A DNA stretch of 59,895 nt, counting the filler, from Sphacelaria rigidula (lineage: Eukaryota), in NCBI GenBank assembly GCA_964200075.2. It is 9 parts of 9 records of this genome, joined end to end, with 100 filler letters (N's around TTAATTAATTAA, not from the genome) between each part and the next. Parts side by side here need not be neighbours in the genome. Positions count along the whole stretch, not along the records: positions 13,337 to 19,903 come from CAXNAA020019310.1; positions 20,004 to 26,569 come from CAXNAA020019311.1; 7 more parts are not named here. One strand, 5' to 3'. The notes below the pieces were generated by a model. It did not search any database and was not told the origin of the DNA. It was given only the letters and a program-made list of their open reading frames with translations. Within the stretch, counting starts at the first letter, position 1; each line of letters begins with the position of its first letter. Of the stretch, positions 13,237-25,087 are shown in pieces. The position numbers and the translations under genes were made by a program.

Positions 13237-14318
13237 NNNNNNNNNNNNNNNNNNNNNNNNNNNNNNNNNNNNNNNNNNNNTTAATTAATTAANNNNNNNN
13301 NNNNNNNNNNNNNNNNNNNNNNNNNNNNNNNNNNNNGTGGGACTGCCCGCGTTGAGCACCCACATTGTGGAAAGCGTGGTGTGTTTAGCTAAAAAACGCC
13401 AACGAATGCAATAAAAGAATTGAAAATCAAATCGGACACCGTTAAGGGCTTGTATAAACATAACGGGCTTTACTTATGGGACAGAGGAAGTATGACCTTA
13501 ACGAACGAAAAAATAAATGGAATTTGTGGGGATTCGAAGTCATGACCTTCTTGAGTCTCTTGTTTCACTTAGATTTACCCTTTTGGAACCGTTGACGGAA
13601 AATTGACCATTTACATTTGACGTTTTTTCGAGCAGAAAATGGTTGTTTTAAGCGTAATTTTCAGACCCGTGCGAATGGAACGTTAAAGAAAAGGTTCTCT
13701 TTTTTACGGGTGTGACGATTTTTACGACGCGTCGGTGTTTTCCAACCCCGGCCAGAGTGCATGGCTGAACTTTCGTGAGGCAATCTCAACACCGCACCTG
13801 CGGTAGATGCTTCGTGCCGCATCATAGCAAGCCTGCGCCGAAGTTGCAATTACAGTGTTGACGCCGGCGGTACATTTACCTCAGTTATGCCCCCGTCAGG
13901 CTCTGTGGGGATGTGTTCACCTACTCCTCTGTACTGCGTACGATCATGATATTTTCAGCTTATTTCAAGTGTAAACTCACGTCATGCACGCTACTGAACT
14001 CCGTCGTGCGCGTTTACACGGCACCACACTACGGTTTGATCATTCCCTAACGACGACGAAGATGCCATGTACCTCGCCGTTATACATACTCCTCGTGCAG
14101 CGTAGGCGGGGGCTGTTACTTCGGCTTATCAAATCCTGCGCTTCGTGCTGTACGTTTCCACGACACCACCTCTATACTGCGGGTTGATCATGCCTGAACG
14201 AGGTGTATTACTCCGGCTGGCGCTATCGCGTTCGGACCGTCGCAGCGTTGGGGTTTCATGCAATGATATTATACACACTCTGTCTTCTTGCATAGAAGAC
14301 CGTAACATCGTTGTTCAG

Positions 14319-14741
14319 TTATACTGGACTGTAGTGAAGTGTTACTGACTTAGTTGTTGTTGGGTTAGGCTGGTTGCGGAAGGCTGTTCCGGTCGGTTGT
14401 CCGCTTGCCAATATGTTGCCTGTCTGGACGCTGGCAGTCACGTCCGCCTGATGTCTTCCACAAAATCCTGTGCACCTCGCAGCGTCTTCTCTTGCTACGG
14501 TTACTGTGCTGACATTCGGTAAGCGAGCGGGGGGGGCGGTGTGCGCCGGGGGGCAATTGGCTGCCCCAACCGCTCTTGCAGCTTCTTCAGCGAAACGCCT
14601 GGCAGCGTCCTGGCCGTGCTTCTCAGCCACCTCTTCCAGCTGAACGTGAATTGCATGTGGGTCGCTCTTCAGCGCTTCCACATGTGGCGACAGGATTCCC
14701 ACTTGCTCCGCCATATCACTGTCATCGTATAGTGTGGCTTT
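14319..14741 (-). CDS. Possible downstream exon of the contig-3 gene (unknown protein)
   Basis: gcgtag| acceptor then the open frame KATLYDDSDMAEQVGILSPHVEALKSDPHAIHVQLEEVAEKHG..; phase 0 fits the exon ending at 16559; 3' boundary uncertain. Confidence 0.3.
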   Translation of the reverse strand, partial: KATLYDDSDMAEQVGILSPHVEALKSDPHAIHVQLEEVAEKHGQDAARRFAEEAARAVGAANCPPAHTAPPARLPNVSTVTVAREDAARCTGFCGRHQADVTASVQTGNILASGQPTGTAFRNQPNPTTTKSVTLHYSPV

Positions 14742-15359
14742 CTACGCTCAACCACTCTTGATAACGCAGCCCATTAAAACGATGCACTATTATAATTCGA
14801 AGTATACTACGGCGCCACCTTCAACTCAAGTACACTGATGTGACATATTCGCGCACCGAACTCAAATTGAGGTATTTCTCACTGACGAAGATCACATATA
14901 TGGGAGTTTATACTGTTTTGGGAGAGTTTTGTCAATGCATACAATTGGACACACTTCGTCCGTCGCGTGACCTCATTGGACAAACCCAACCTGACCGCTC
15001 CGGGGTTTCATTTCCGGTATACCCATGAGGTATGCTTCTGGAGTCTTCTTTGGTCCTTCACACTAAAAATCGTTGCCGTCGGTTTTTTCTGTTTCCATCT
15101 TTTCTTCTTTGTCAGAACTTGAAATAATGAGGCGGTCTGGTCCGGGGACGGGAGGGGAGGGTTTCAAAAGGCGTGCGGCCGTGTCACACGAAGAGTGCGA
15201 CGCAAAGCCCAATTTGAGATATTCTTGGACGAAACTTCACCAGGATGTCGTTGACACGAGTGCCCGTATGTGTTGGAGCGTTGTCGTCGTTTTCATCACT
15301 TTTTGTGGAAGTTATCGTAACATTTTCCCTGTTTTTGCTGAAACTTCAACTCGCTCTAA

Positions 15360-16197
15360 GGCGGGGTCCTATCAGAAGTGATTTGATCACTTTTCAAAAA
15401 ATCACTTTTGGAGAAGCGATTGCCCCCACAGCGACCAGTGCTGAGTCTTCTCGACAAGCAGTTTCGTCCAGATCGAAGCCCAGATTCGCACCCAGGAAAA
15501 GATGCGGCAGTTTTGGAAGCGTCCGTCAATCCAATATCTCTGTGCTGCTGCGGACAAGACGCAAAGAGGTAGCATATCGTCGACACACCGAGCCACGAAT
15601 ACCGACGCGTAGACACCCACCACTCACGCGCATGAGATCAAGCGCTAGCTCTTCATCATCTACACACGACAGCCTTCGTTTGACGGAAATCCGTCCAGCA
15701 TTGGATGACAGGCGGCCGCGTGCGTGTCAAATAGCAAATAGCAACCGAAAACGTGCTGTTGCTGACTATTTTTCAGGGTGTGCTATACGCGCGTCACACG
15801 CAAATCATCATTTTTCACTGAATTCTGAACCGATTTGAGCAAGGTCATGCACAGCATGCTCAGCTGATGAGCAGCAATGACTAGAGCGGTGTGTTTTGGT
15901 TTGGGAGGGCAATGCGATCCCCAGATTCACGATTATTTGTGTTGACTCATTTGTCGAAGGCTTCGGTTATGCCCCTGTCAGCGGGATGTTTTATGTTCCC
16001 GTTCGAGGTGTCACAACATCACTTTTTCAAAAGTGGTTTCAGGAAGTGTTTCCTCACTTCCTGAAATCACTTTTATAAAAGTGATTTTTGGCACTTTTCG
16101 GGGGTGGTGGTGGTGGTATCGCAGCAACCAATCATCGGTCGTTTTTTACAAAAGAGATGTCTTGAAAAGTGATCATCACTTCTGATAAGACCCCGCC
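15360..16197. mobile_element. PIF/Harbinger (Tourist-like) MITE, 838 bp
   Basis: TIR GGCGGGGTC(C/T)TATCAGAAGTGAT with TAA on both sides (15357-59, 16198-200); related partial copy at about 53500-53950. Confidence 0.85.
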
Positions 16198-16558
16198 TAA
16201 CTCCCTGTTTGTTCATTTTTTTCCTCTGCACCACTCAGAGGGTTGCGCGGGTTGATGGAAATATCGTGTCAAATTTACCGCCTAAAAACTCTTCAAGTTA
16301 CCGATGGCATCTCCACTCTCCGTTCAAAAATCGCTGCCAGCTAGCTCAGCTCGTTATGTCTGTGACACGCGCATGTGCGTGGCAACGGTCTTTCCCATGT
16401 AGGAGATGTGTTTCCCTGCTTCACCAAGAACAGGAGTCGCAAAACCCTCAAGGAAAAAGATCCCAGATCATTTGTGGTACAGTACGAGCACGAGGACCAA
16501 CCGAATGATCGCCAGGGTGGGGTCATCTGCGTCTTCAATCTGTCCGAGGGAAACATAC

Positions 16559-18180
16559 CGACTTAACGAATGACCCCCGCTTTGAAGGTTTAGGGTTGAG
16601 GTCACTCTCGATGAGCGCTACGGCGCAGCCGCCGATGCCTTGTAAAACTACAGTAATCACAATATCGCGGGAAAATGCCAGGTTAACCCTTCGCGAGGGT
16701 AGGTCACCTGATGAATCGGCATCAATTTTCACTTGAAAGAAGTATGCATGATCTGGATGGACTACCCGCACCGCCGTCCAAGGGTTAATTTCCACAGGTA
16801 GGCCGGCAACATACGATCTACTTCAGTATTACAAACTGGCCGATTGTACGGTCATGCACATGGCTAATGTCCCAAGGGGCAGGACATATGACGTTTGAAC
16901 AGTGCGGTTGTTCCAGTTCGTCATGTCCATCTCACCAAGCTTTCGGCACACAAACTGGATCGATATTGATGGCTGGTAACGTGGTCGTGACCATCGTTGT
17001 TCACGTGCGTGCTCAAGTATATTGACAGAGACATTGACCTGTTGAACGCAATACTTCGCATCTAGACGGTTGGTGACTCCCTTACATGATCCAAATACTC
17101 TGGTACCCAGGTAACGGGCGATAAACTAAACACGGTTGTCGATCGCCCCTCACGATAGTAGAAGACCCGAAATCGAACTGGCGGCGCATTTACGCTCACG
17201 GAATAGCCGTAACCCGCACGTCATATCAGTGGAATCGGTCTCCTGCTCTACATCCCCTACCCGACGTACTTGTGCTGTCAAGATACAAGCCCTGTACAGT
17301 ATGGTCCGCGTCGACGGGCCTCTGAAAGCTAATTAAACCAAGGAAAATCTAACGGGCGTTCGCCGACCGCTCGGCTTGCCGAGGCCGTCGTTTGGACATA
17401 TTGGTATCTCGTGGAAAGTCGTCGAACTCCGTACGGATAACTTACCATATGAAGTTTTGATCGATTACTTCTGCTTCGCCTTGCTGTCGTGTTTCCGACG
17501 TTCCTGGATCCCACGCGGTCGTACAGGACGGTACTCACAGATAAGACTCGATCTTTGGTGTGGAATGGCACTTGCACAGTACATACCTGGAAGTAAGGGA
17601 CGCACTCTTCTGACCCTGACCTCCACCAGTGTGGGTTCGAGGTCAGCAAACTGTACACCTGATAAATGTGGAATTCGACAGCCCTACATGACGGTCGCTC
17701 AGAGGACCTACTCACCTCGAAGGTCCCTTGGCGGGTCTAGTGAGCTTGATGCTGGCCACATCGACCGGAGTCGTGAAATCGGGAGTTACGGGTTCCTGGT
17801 GCGGTCACCGAACAGCCGAAAGTACAAGTAGAACAACGGGTGATGTCATGTGACGGAGGATCTGCTTCCCGCTGTGTGCGCGGTGGTACACGGTCAACCA
17901 GAAGCGTAACGAGAAGTCACACGCCTCCTTTAGTCATGATATGTCGAAAAACACACACACGCACAGACGCAACCGAGACGTGAGATGATAAGAAGAGATG
18001 GTAAACTCTCATCACCTGTGCCTGATCCGCGGACATCTGGCAGCGGTCGGTGGAAGAGAACGCACGCCACACCAAGTGCCCTAGACCTTTTGTCCTCTGA
18101 AACGCGCCAGTGCTGCGCCATGCCAATCGCGGGGCTGACAGGGAGAGCGAATGCATAGCAAAGCCAGCAATAGCCACCAT
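16559..18180 (-). CDS. Multi-exon gene of unknown function with an N-terminal organelle-targeting-like peptide; predicted exons 18180-18016, 17795-17716, 17503-17446, 17038-16936, 16638-16559
   Basis: Phase-compatible GT-AG exons give MVAIAGFAMHSLSLSAPRLAWRSTGAF..QAQ|EPVTPDFTTPVDVASIKLTRPAKGPSR|NVGN..SKLHM|VNVSVNILEHAREQRW..CRKLG|IGGCAVALIESDLNPKPSKRGSFVKS. Alternative exon 3 at 17650-17587. Confidence 0.45.
16687..16784. mobile_element. piggyBac-like micro-MITE (98 bp), diverged copy
   Basis: TTAA|CCCTT...AAGGG|TTAA; interior matches 42027-42124 in reverse. Confidence 0.75.
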
Positions 18181-18809
18181 CAATGACAACTGTAACCCAC
18201 CACAATTCACACGAAAGCAGACTATCCCGTGGGGTTGCTGGTTGGGGAGATCAAATCGGCGCTAGGGGTACTAAGCAGGTCACCACAACAGTACATCAAT
18301 TAGACCATCGTACAGCGAAGAAGTGGCATCACAACCCGGAGGCGGCCCTTCAACAACCCGTTGTTCCGTGAAGCCCTGCATACAGGCGCGGTGCTGTTTT
18401 TTCAAATTCAAACAGTGATGACGTATGGTGGTTTCCGGTATTCCCGCACTTTTTGTGCTGACATGAAATCTCGGCTCGCCATATATGCCCGATGACGAAA
18501 TGCCGCCGATAAATGTCGTCAAATGTCGTCAAATGTCGTCGAATTTCGTTATAACTTGTCCAATATCATAGCCATATTTCAAATTTCCGACTTTTGCGCC
18601 CCGCAAATTCACAAGAGTCCCAGGAGTGCAAATGTAGGGGGATAAATGTTCAACATCAACTATCGAAGGCAGACGACGAGCGTCGCCTCGGAACAGTTGT
18701 ACGGGCTGAGAGTTCCGAGACATCCGGGGGTTTCCAGAGCTTGGGGAGGGGGTGGTTTGTGAGGGGGGGGGTGTCTCTCCGCGGAGCAGCGGAGAAGCTC
18801 ACGTAGTCA

Positions 18810-19006
18810 ACCATGTGTGTTTGGAAGTTTCCCGCGGAAAATTATGAGCCGTGCACAAGGCCCGAGAGACGCGGGACGACCATTCTGACCAATCACGGTG
18901 GTCAAAATGAGCACTTTTGTTACGGTAGAGGTCCTGTGTGACCCCGGCTGATGCGTCCACATATCCCGAAAGGGCTAGACTGGCGCCCAGAATAAATGAG
19001 ACGACA

Positions 19007-19035
<29 letters not shown>
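18810..19035 (-). mobile_element. (GT)n-headed SINE-like repeat
   Basis: Reverse of GTGTGT-TGTCGTC.CATTTATTCTGGGC..GCCGGGGTCACACAGG; same family at about 26250-26530, 53331-53404 and partly 52910-53050. Confidence 0.65.
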
Positions 19036-19038
<3 letters not shown>

Positions 19039-19379
19039 GTGGATACCTGGTAGACACATTCGCTGTTTGCCCTCATTACTCATCTTGAGCGTGCCAAATC
19101 AACCATAAATTATATTACCGAAAAGTAGGTGTTTGAGCATCTTCGGTACACTGTTGTGTCTGTCGGCTCAAAATTGCCTGAGCGTCGTACTAGCTGCACA
19201 CCGCCGTCTGGTATCAAACGTCATGGCGCAACACGCGAGCTGCGGCCACGACTACCGGACGCACGTAGATGTAGACAAGTACTTCGACGGTGAGGCGACC
19301 GCCATCGCCGAGCAATTGCTCTACGATAGTCGGGGGCGTTCGCAGCGGTAGTTATGGTGCGATGTCCACACCCTGCGTA

Positions 19380-19870
19380 CCAGCTGGGCCAGCCTACAAG
19401 ACACGGATTTAAGCTCTCAAAGCAATATCTCGTCGACACGGACGAGTTGGGCCATGATCCGCATATTGTATTAACCCTTAGACCGCGAAATTAGTCTTCC
19501 TGGATCATGTCGATTCAACAGAAGACTAACCTCGCGGTCTAAGGGTTAACCGTCTAACCGAGGGGAAGGTGCTCATCTGCTCAAAATTTTGGGCCCATAT
19601 TTTCTCGTTAATTAAACCCCATGTCTAGTAATTCCTATACCTAAGGGAGATAGCGTCCATACCCAAATCTCCATGAAACCCCCGATCGATGCATTCAGCG
19701 GATGACGATGAATTTTGGTGTGGGCATTCCCTGGAGCACGGGGAGACGATGGATACCCTCACCTTCACCTGATTCGTAATCTATCTCGAGATATGGCGCA
19801 CATAAGGTTCTAGACTAAAATCAGTATATTCCGAGCAGATACGCTACGAGCTGGGCCAGCCTAGAGGCTG
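19380..19870 (+). mobile_element. Partial TA-flanked Tc1/mariner-like MITE (family of 48754-52171)
   Basis: TA|CCAGCTGGGCCAGCC terminus; aligns with 48754-48899 plus 51119-51350; a second TA|CGAGCTGGGCCAG end at about 19847. Confidence 0.7.
19475..19545. mobile_element. piggyBac-like micro-MITE (71 bp)
   Basis: Perfect 14-bp TIR CCCTTAGACCGCGA, TTAA on both sides; the paralogous host repeat has a single TTAA at about 48842. Confidence 0.9.
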
Positions 19871-20399
19871 CATGAACGTTTGCAGGCGGATGCGCCGGCC
19901 AATNNNNNNNNNNNNNNNNNNNNNNNNNNNNNNNNNNNNNNNNNNNNTTAATTAATTAANNNNNNNNNNNNNNNNNNNNNNNNNNNNNNNNNNNNNNNNN
20001 NNNTTTATTCTCTTGGGCCAACCTCCCCCGTATCCAAAGCCCCCCCCCGCAACAAATAAGTACGCCCCCCCCCCCCCCCTCACAAAAATACTCCGCCGGA
20101 GTTCTCAAGCGAGCAAACTGCACACGAGCGAAGCGAGGTTTGGCACAAAGACGGTTACTAGAGATATTTTACCTGCATATCGATTGAATCAGCAAGTGAA
20201 GGCGAGTAAGTCGCATCGCAGAAGCAAGAACAGCCAAATACAGCTTCACATCAACTCACCCCAAGCCGGACGAACAGCGTATGGTGGCTGGCAGCAAGGG
20301 GCTCCTCCTCCAATTCACCAAGACGAATGTCTACGCAGTCGCCGAACGTCTGCGTCAACGGACACATGCACGGAACCGTATACCCCCGCGCAGAACCGC

Positions 20400-20480
20400 T
20401 AGATTGATTAATTGATCAATCGATTGACTAGCTCACGCCAGCTGATGTTTAAATATCTGATTCAGCCGTGGCCACGAAAT
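20400..20480 (-). mobile_element. 3' end of a LINE/SINE with a degenerate (CAAT)n tail
   Basis: Reverse strand GCCACGGCTGAATC..CAATC repeats, like the ends at 47023-47089 and 47709-47766. Confidence 0.4.
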
Positions 20481-21029
20481 TCATGTACTGTACCCGAGGT
20501 AAACATATAAATCATCAGGCGGACATAGCAGAAACGCAGCAAGGTGACATACCGACGAGCCAACACCACCACCCTCGCGGCCGATCCCGCTTTCCCAGTG
20601 TGAATCGCTATGTTACGGGTTCACTTCTGCCTGTACTATCATAGCAGTATCAGGGATGATTGTCGTCCCCTCGTCTTGCAATATCTGTTTTTGAATTAAA
20701 TTGGTTTTCAAAACCCTACAGGCTTTTTCCTCACAGGTACGTCAAAACGTCGTCCACTCCCAGCGACGGCATACCTCGCACCATGCACTTTCAGAGGTCA
20801 CGAACCTAATGCACTGATTTCTCCAAGTTGGGGCCCAAAGATACTAAGGTAGACATCATGAGCACATACCGTATCGCCTTCCTAGCTTCTCGCCCGCTCT
20901 TCCCTACCGCTATCTCTCCTCGCCAACGCCAATTCATCCTCGCCTCATGCGTGCTATAATACTAGGTCATCCTTCCCACGCCCAGTTGCGATGAGTCGTC
21001 GATGCTACAGGCTCTGTACAACGACACCT

Positions 21030-21950
21030 AGTATCTACCCTCTAAATCCCGATAAACCCCCAGAGATCACAAACAAAACGCTTCCACGACCACGATAAAA
21101 CTTGCCGAATTCCGCTAATAATCTAACCGCATGTTACCTTTTCAGCATGCACCCTCCATGCGCACATAACTCCCCGGCGATACACCATCAACACTTCCCC
21201 GAAAAATCCACTCGCACTGGTCTCCACATATGCCACAAAGACACACCTTTCACTTCCGAAAAACTACAGTACAGTACGTTAACATAACCCACGATGACAG
21301 CATCCGCCCAAAAACAATTCCATAATTTCTCGGCTATCTCACATCAAACGCAGACGTCAAACCCGTCGAGGAACCACGATAAAACTTCCCGAATTCCGCT
21401 AGTAATTTTAACGCACGTGACCTCTGCAGCAGGCACCCTCCAAGCGCCCATACTTCGCCGCAGATACCCCATCAACAAATCCCATAAACCTCAAAAATAG
21501 TAGTCTCCACATATAATGCCACCTTAATACGCGTTACACTTCCACACAATTACGATACGGTACCTGACCATACCTCTCCAACACAGAATTCACCGTGCAA
21601 ATCCCCATAATTCCGCGGCCCTCTCACAAGATATCCAGCGACCATCCACGATAGTACCAATTCCCAATTTCCGCAAATGATCTTACCACACCTTACCTCT
21701 GCACCATTCGCCCTTTATTCGCCGCCGATGTCTCATCAGATTTTCCCGGAAAGATCTCATCGAAATCGTCTCCACATAGCCTACCACACCGTACATTACC
21801 CTTACCTCGCTCCATCGACGAACCACCATTCCACGTCCCCTTTTTCGCTGAATATCTTACAACGCCTCACCCCTGCACCATGCATTATCGACATGCCCAT
21901 ATTTCCGGCGATATCTCCTCAATGTCCATACTTGCACCATTTCCTTGCCA
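21030..21950. repeat. Degenerate ~275-285 bp tandem repeat (3 or more units), strongly C-rich/G-poor on +
   Basis: CCACGATAAAACTT.CCGAATTCCGCTA at about 21090 and 21375, a variant at about 21646; GTCTCCACATA at about 21219, 21502 and 21768. Confidence 0.65.
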
Positions 21951-23149
21951 ATCAACGGAGGACCCGTCAACCACTCACTGCGCGGCGATCTCCTATCTCA
22001 TAGCGTCAAAACCACCACTACATCCCCTCCTTCCTACAATCATTCTATCACCGGTTCCAACATCATCTACACGATATCACTACGGCGTTCTGCTTTTTAG
22101 TATGCCGGCCCCAGCAATCCATATATTGGTCCCCAACAAAACTTGTTGTGTAGTTGTGGAATATGGGTTGGCCGTGAGGGAGGCGCTCAAGAACCAGACG
22201 TATCGGTACCTGCGCAACGGCGTGGAAGACGTGGTACCTCCATAAACGTGGGTTTTGTCGGCCTGTGACCCTGACGACGCGCCTTCGGTAACTCTTCGAT
22301 GCCTCTATCCTTCCTCGCCATTTCTTATCTCGTAAGGAGGCTTCTTGTACCTTACTTTTCTCATCTTGACCGCTTTTGCAATTAATCGTGTTTGCATTTT
22401 GCCTTTTGCGTGCTCCTTATTCTCTGTGGTGCTTTCCTTCCTTTTTTCTCTTCCCTCACACCCACTTAGTGCTTCACGTTCAACCTCATGTCGCTTATTT
22501 CTCACAACCTATTACTTCCGTACTACCACTTTTCTTGTTCTTTTTCTTCCCGTTCTTCATTCCCCTCGCACGGATGTACCGCATCCGCGTGTCGCACCGG
22601 TATCTCGCGTGTTCCTCATACCGTACGACTTCCCTCGCACTTCTGGTTTTTCGTTTCTGTCTTCCATATGTAAAAATCGCCGAGTTGGTACATTATTTTT
22701 CGATCCATGTTGTCTTTCCCTTGTCCAACAAATAAAATACAACCATCCATCCCCAAACGATCTTTCATTAAAATTGTTGTGGGCCCACTACCGTGATCAC
22801 CCCTTGAGCGGCAGGCCTTTTCTGGTTGAGAACTGCCAGCTGATCACTAGCGTGGGTATCCTCGGTACTGTAACTGAGCAGCATCCTTCTGTTAGCGACC
22901 ACCACCTCTTGCGACAAGATACCATGTATGCGGAAAATCCCAACCCCCGATTCACGCAAGAGTGCCGTTCACCCGAAGCAACTGCGTTCAATTTTTCTCA
23001 ACAATGCACCCAGGGTCTTCGGAGATCCGGCGCCAAGGGAGCACCGTGGCAGTGGGAGAAAGCTCCAGTTCACACACTGATGCTGTGCTTGGGTTGAGTA
23101 GGGCACCTGTACTGCTGTATTCGTTTCAAGTGTGGAGGCATCTATGCAC

Positions 23150-24120
23150 GGAAAGTATGCATATACCAGGGTTCATCGGGGGAGATATTGATGGGAACAC
23201 CCGTCCCCCCGAAGGCCGCGGGACGGGACGAATCGTTTTTCCGTAGCAAAAAAACGACGGGACGGGACATGAACGGGCACCCTTTCCCAAGTAATGGACG
23301 GGACAGGACAGAAAGTCCGTCACATCTCGTCATCAGGGGTACAATCCCGTGAGATTTCCCCGTCGCGTCCTCACAGGAACATATGTGCGTTGCCCCCTGA
23401 ACAAGCACGATGACACCAGAATTTCGCGCAGCGATGCTTGGGCACGTTCACGACGATACAAACACCGCCCTCGAGATAGAGCAGTCCGTCATATATAGTT
23501 GTTGATTTCAAGGGATTGTGAGCAGCTTTTGTTTGTGCTGACCCTATTTTCCATATCGAACATGCTTTCTAAACACTGCGTATACGACTGTAGCACAGCC
23601 GCTCCTGTACTGTACCATCTCCTTTTTCTTCTCGGGTTTGGTCGAAATCATACGCTCTAGCCTATGCCGAACTCCCCCCCTCATGTCGTTCCGTCCCGTC
23701 CCGTCGCAAGCCCTGGTTATGATGACTGTGAACGTTCGTCTTTGCAGTTGAAACGTCATTTAAGAACGGGCTGTGCAAGGGACCGGAGTTAGGAAATAGA
23801 AGACCAAAACCCGCCTAAACACGGAAATGCGTGCGAGATACTCAAGCTTCCCCGTCTGATTGGAGAGTAACTCCTGCCGTTAACGGCAGGTATCCTCCGA
23901 TCTGACGGGAATTCCGTGAAGACTATCGGGAGTCCTCCCGTGAGGACGGGACGGGCACGTGTTCCAGTCTTCAAAACGACAACGGGACGGGGCGGGCACT
24001 TGTTCTCGTCGCCAAAAGCATGACGGGATGGGACGGGACGGGAACGCGTTCCCGTCGGCAAACGCACGAAGAGCGGGGACGGGAGTTTCCGTTCCGTCCC
24101 GCCGCGTGCGATTCCCGTGA
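23150..24120. mobile_element. Non-autonomous element with (GGGAC)n/(GTCCC)n subterminal repeats
   Basis: GGGACGGGAC clusters at about 23220-23310, 23690-23705 and 23940-24105; ends ..ATTCCCGTG; similar motif at about 1800-1845. Confidence 0.5.
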
Positions 24121-24925
24121 AACGTTGTTTCGTTAAAGTGCCTTGCGTATGCTACTGTAGGTAGAAAGACCACTGATCCAGCTTGCTGTGTACATACTGC
24201 TCAAATGATATCTTGCGCGTTGGGTGCTGCATGCTTGCATGTCTGCAAACGTACACCATGTTGATTGTGTCAGTAGCGAGTGTCGAACGCTACCGTATGT
24301 TATGTAGGTAACAAACACCGTGAGCTCGCTCGCACGTGGAGCGTTCGCTTCTGAAAAAGTGCCGCGAACAGTCGGACGATGGAAAAAAAGCAAACTACTC
24401 CCAGTCTGGCGAATTATCCAAGAACAATCAAGGAACAAAGCAGAGACACAACAACACAAGATACATAACAAAGAAGACACACGCGGCACAAGAAACAACG
24501 AAAAACAAAAAACGAAAAAAACCAGGGTACGTCTTGAATAAGTTTCAGCAAGCAAAATGTCATAATATGAAACAGAACAAGCACGAGTCATCCTACGATA
24601 GGAGGAGGGGGGGGTATTTCGGGCCACTTCTTGCACAGAATTCCAAGTCAAATCGTCATTAACAGCAGCAACGGTTGTATGAACGAGCTTGTTATATATA
24701 CATAATATTCATACCGCTTGACACCCGTTTTAAACCCAACACAAGCGCACCGCGAGTGTGGCAGGTCGTCTGACACACCCATAAGCCTCTTTTTTCGTGG
24801 AATCCAATACCCCCCCCCTCCTCTATCGCAGGATAACTCGCACACACATACACACACGCACACCGTAGTGGAGAAAGCAACAAAGATACGGAAATATCAT
24901 TCCCAACATACTGCTGGTACATCAC

Positions 24926-25087
24926 CTCGTTTGGAAACGTAGTATTGTGGTCCTCCGGAGGCTCGATAAACCCGTCGACGCTGATGATTTCTCCCGCTGC
25001 CGTATTCCTACACGCAAAGTCCGCGTAGTCACAGCCTGCCGCCGTAGATATACACACTGTCACCGTAGGGTACGCGTACCTGCCGTC
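24926..25087 (-). CDS. Internal exon of an unknown protein with a DEG/ENaC-like YPTVTVC motif
   Basis: aacag| acceptor, |gtgatg donor, exactly 54 codons: DGRYAYPTVTVCISTAAGCDYADFACRNTAAGEIISVDGFIEPPEDHNTTFPNE. Confidence 0.45.

Noticed and set aside
15460..15480. FDLDET on the minus strand as the missing MDP-1 catalytic motif
   Set aside because: Lies inside a Harbinger-like MITE on another contig and has no suitable splice sites
15860..15890. Hammerhead ribozyme core (CTGATGA; also at 36317 and 53941)
   Set aside because: No stem II followed by GAAA
17587..17658. DAHP synthase-like EVRVRRVRPLLP
   Set aside because: A short resemblance only; no downstream DAHP synthase motifs seen
8651..18180. 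Joining the 18180 targeting-peptide exons to MDP-1 as one gene
   Set aside because: They are on different contigs separated by an artificial spacer
22345..23097. 250-aa ORF (similarly 45744-46526 and 36806-37651)
   Set aside because: These run through repeats, UTR-like low-complexity DNA or the antisense of other features; no protein-like motifs
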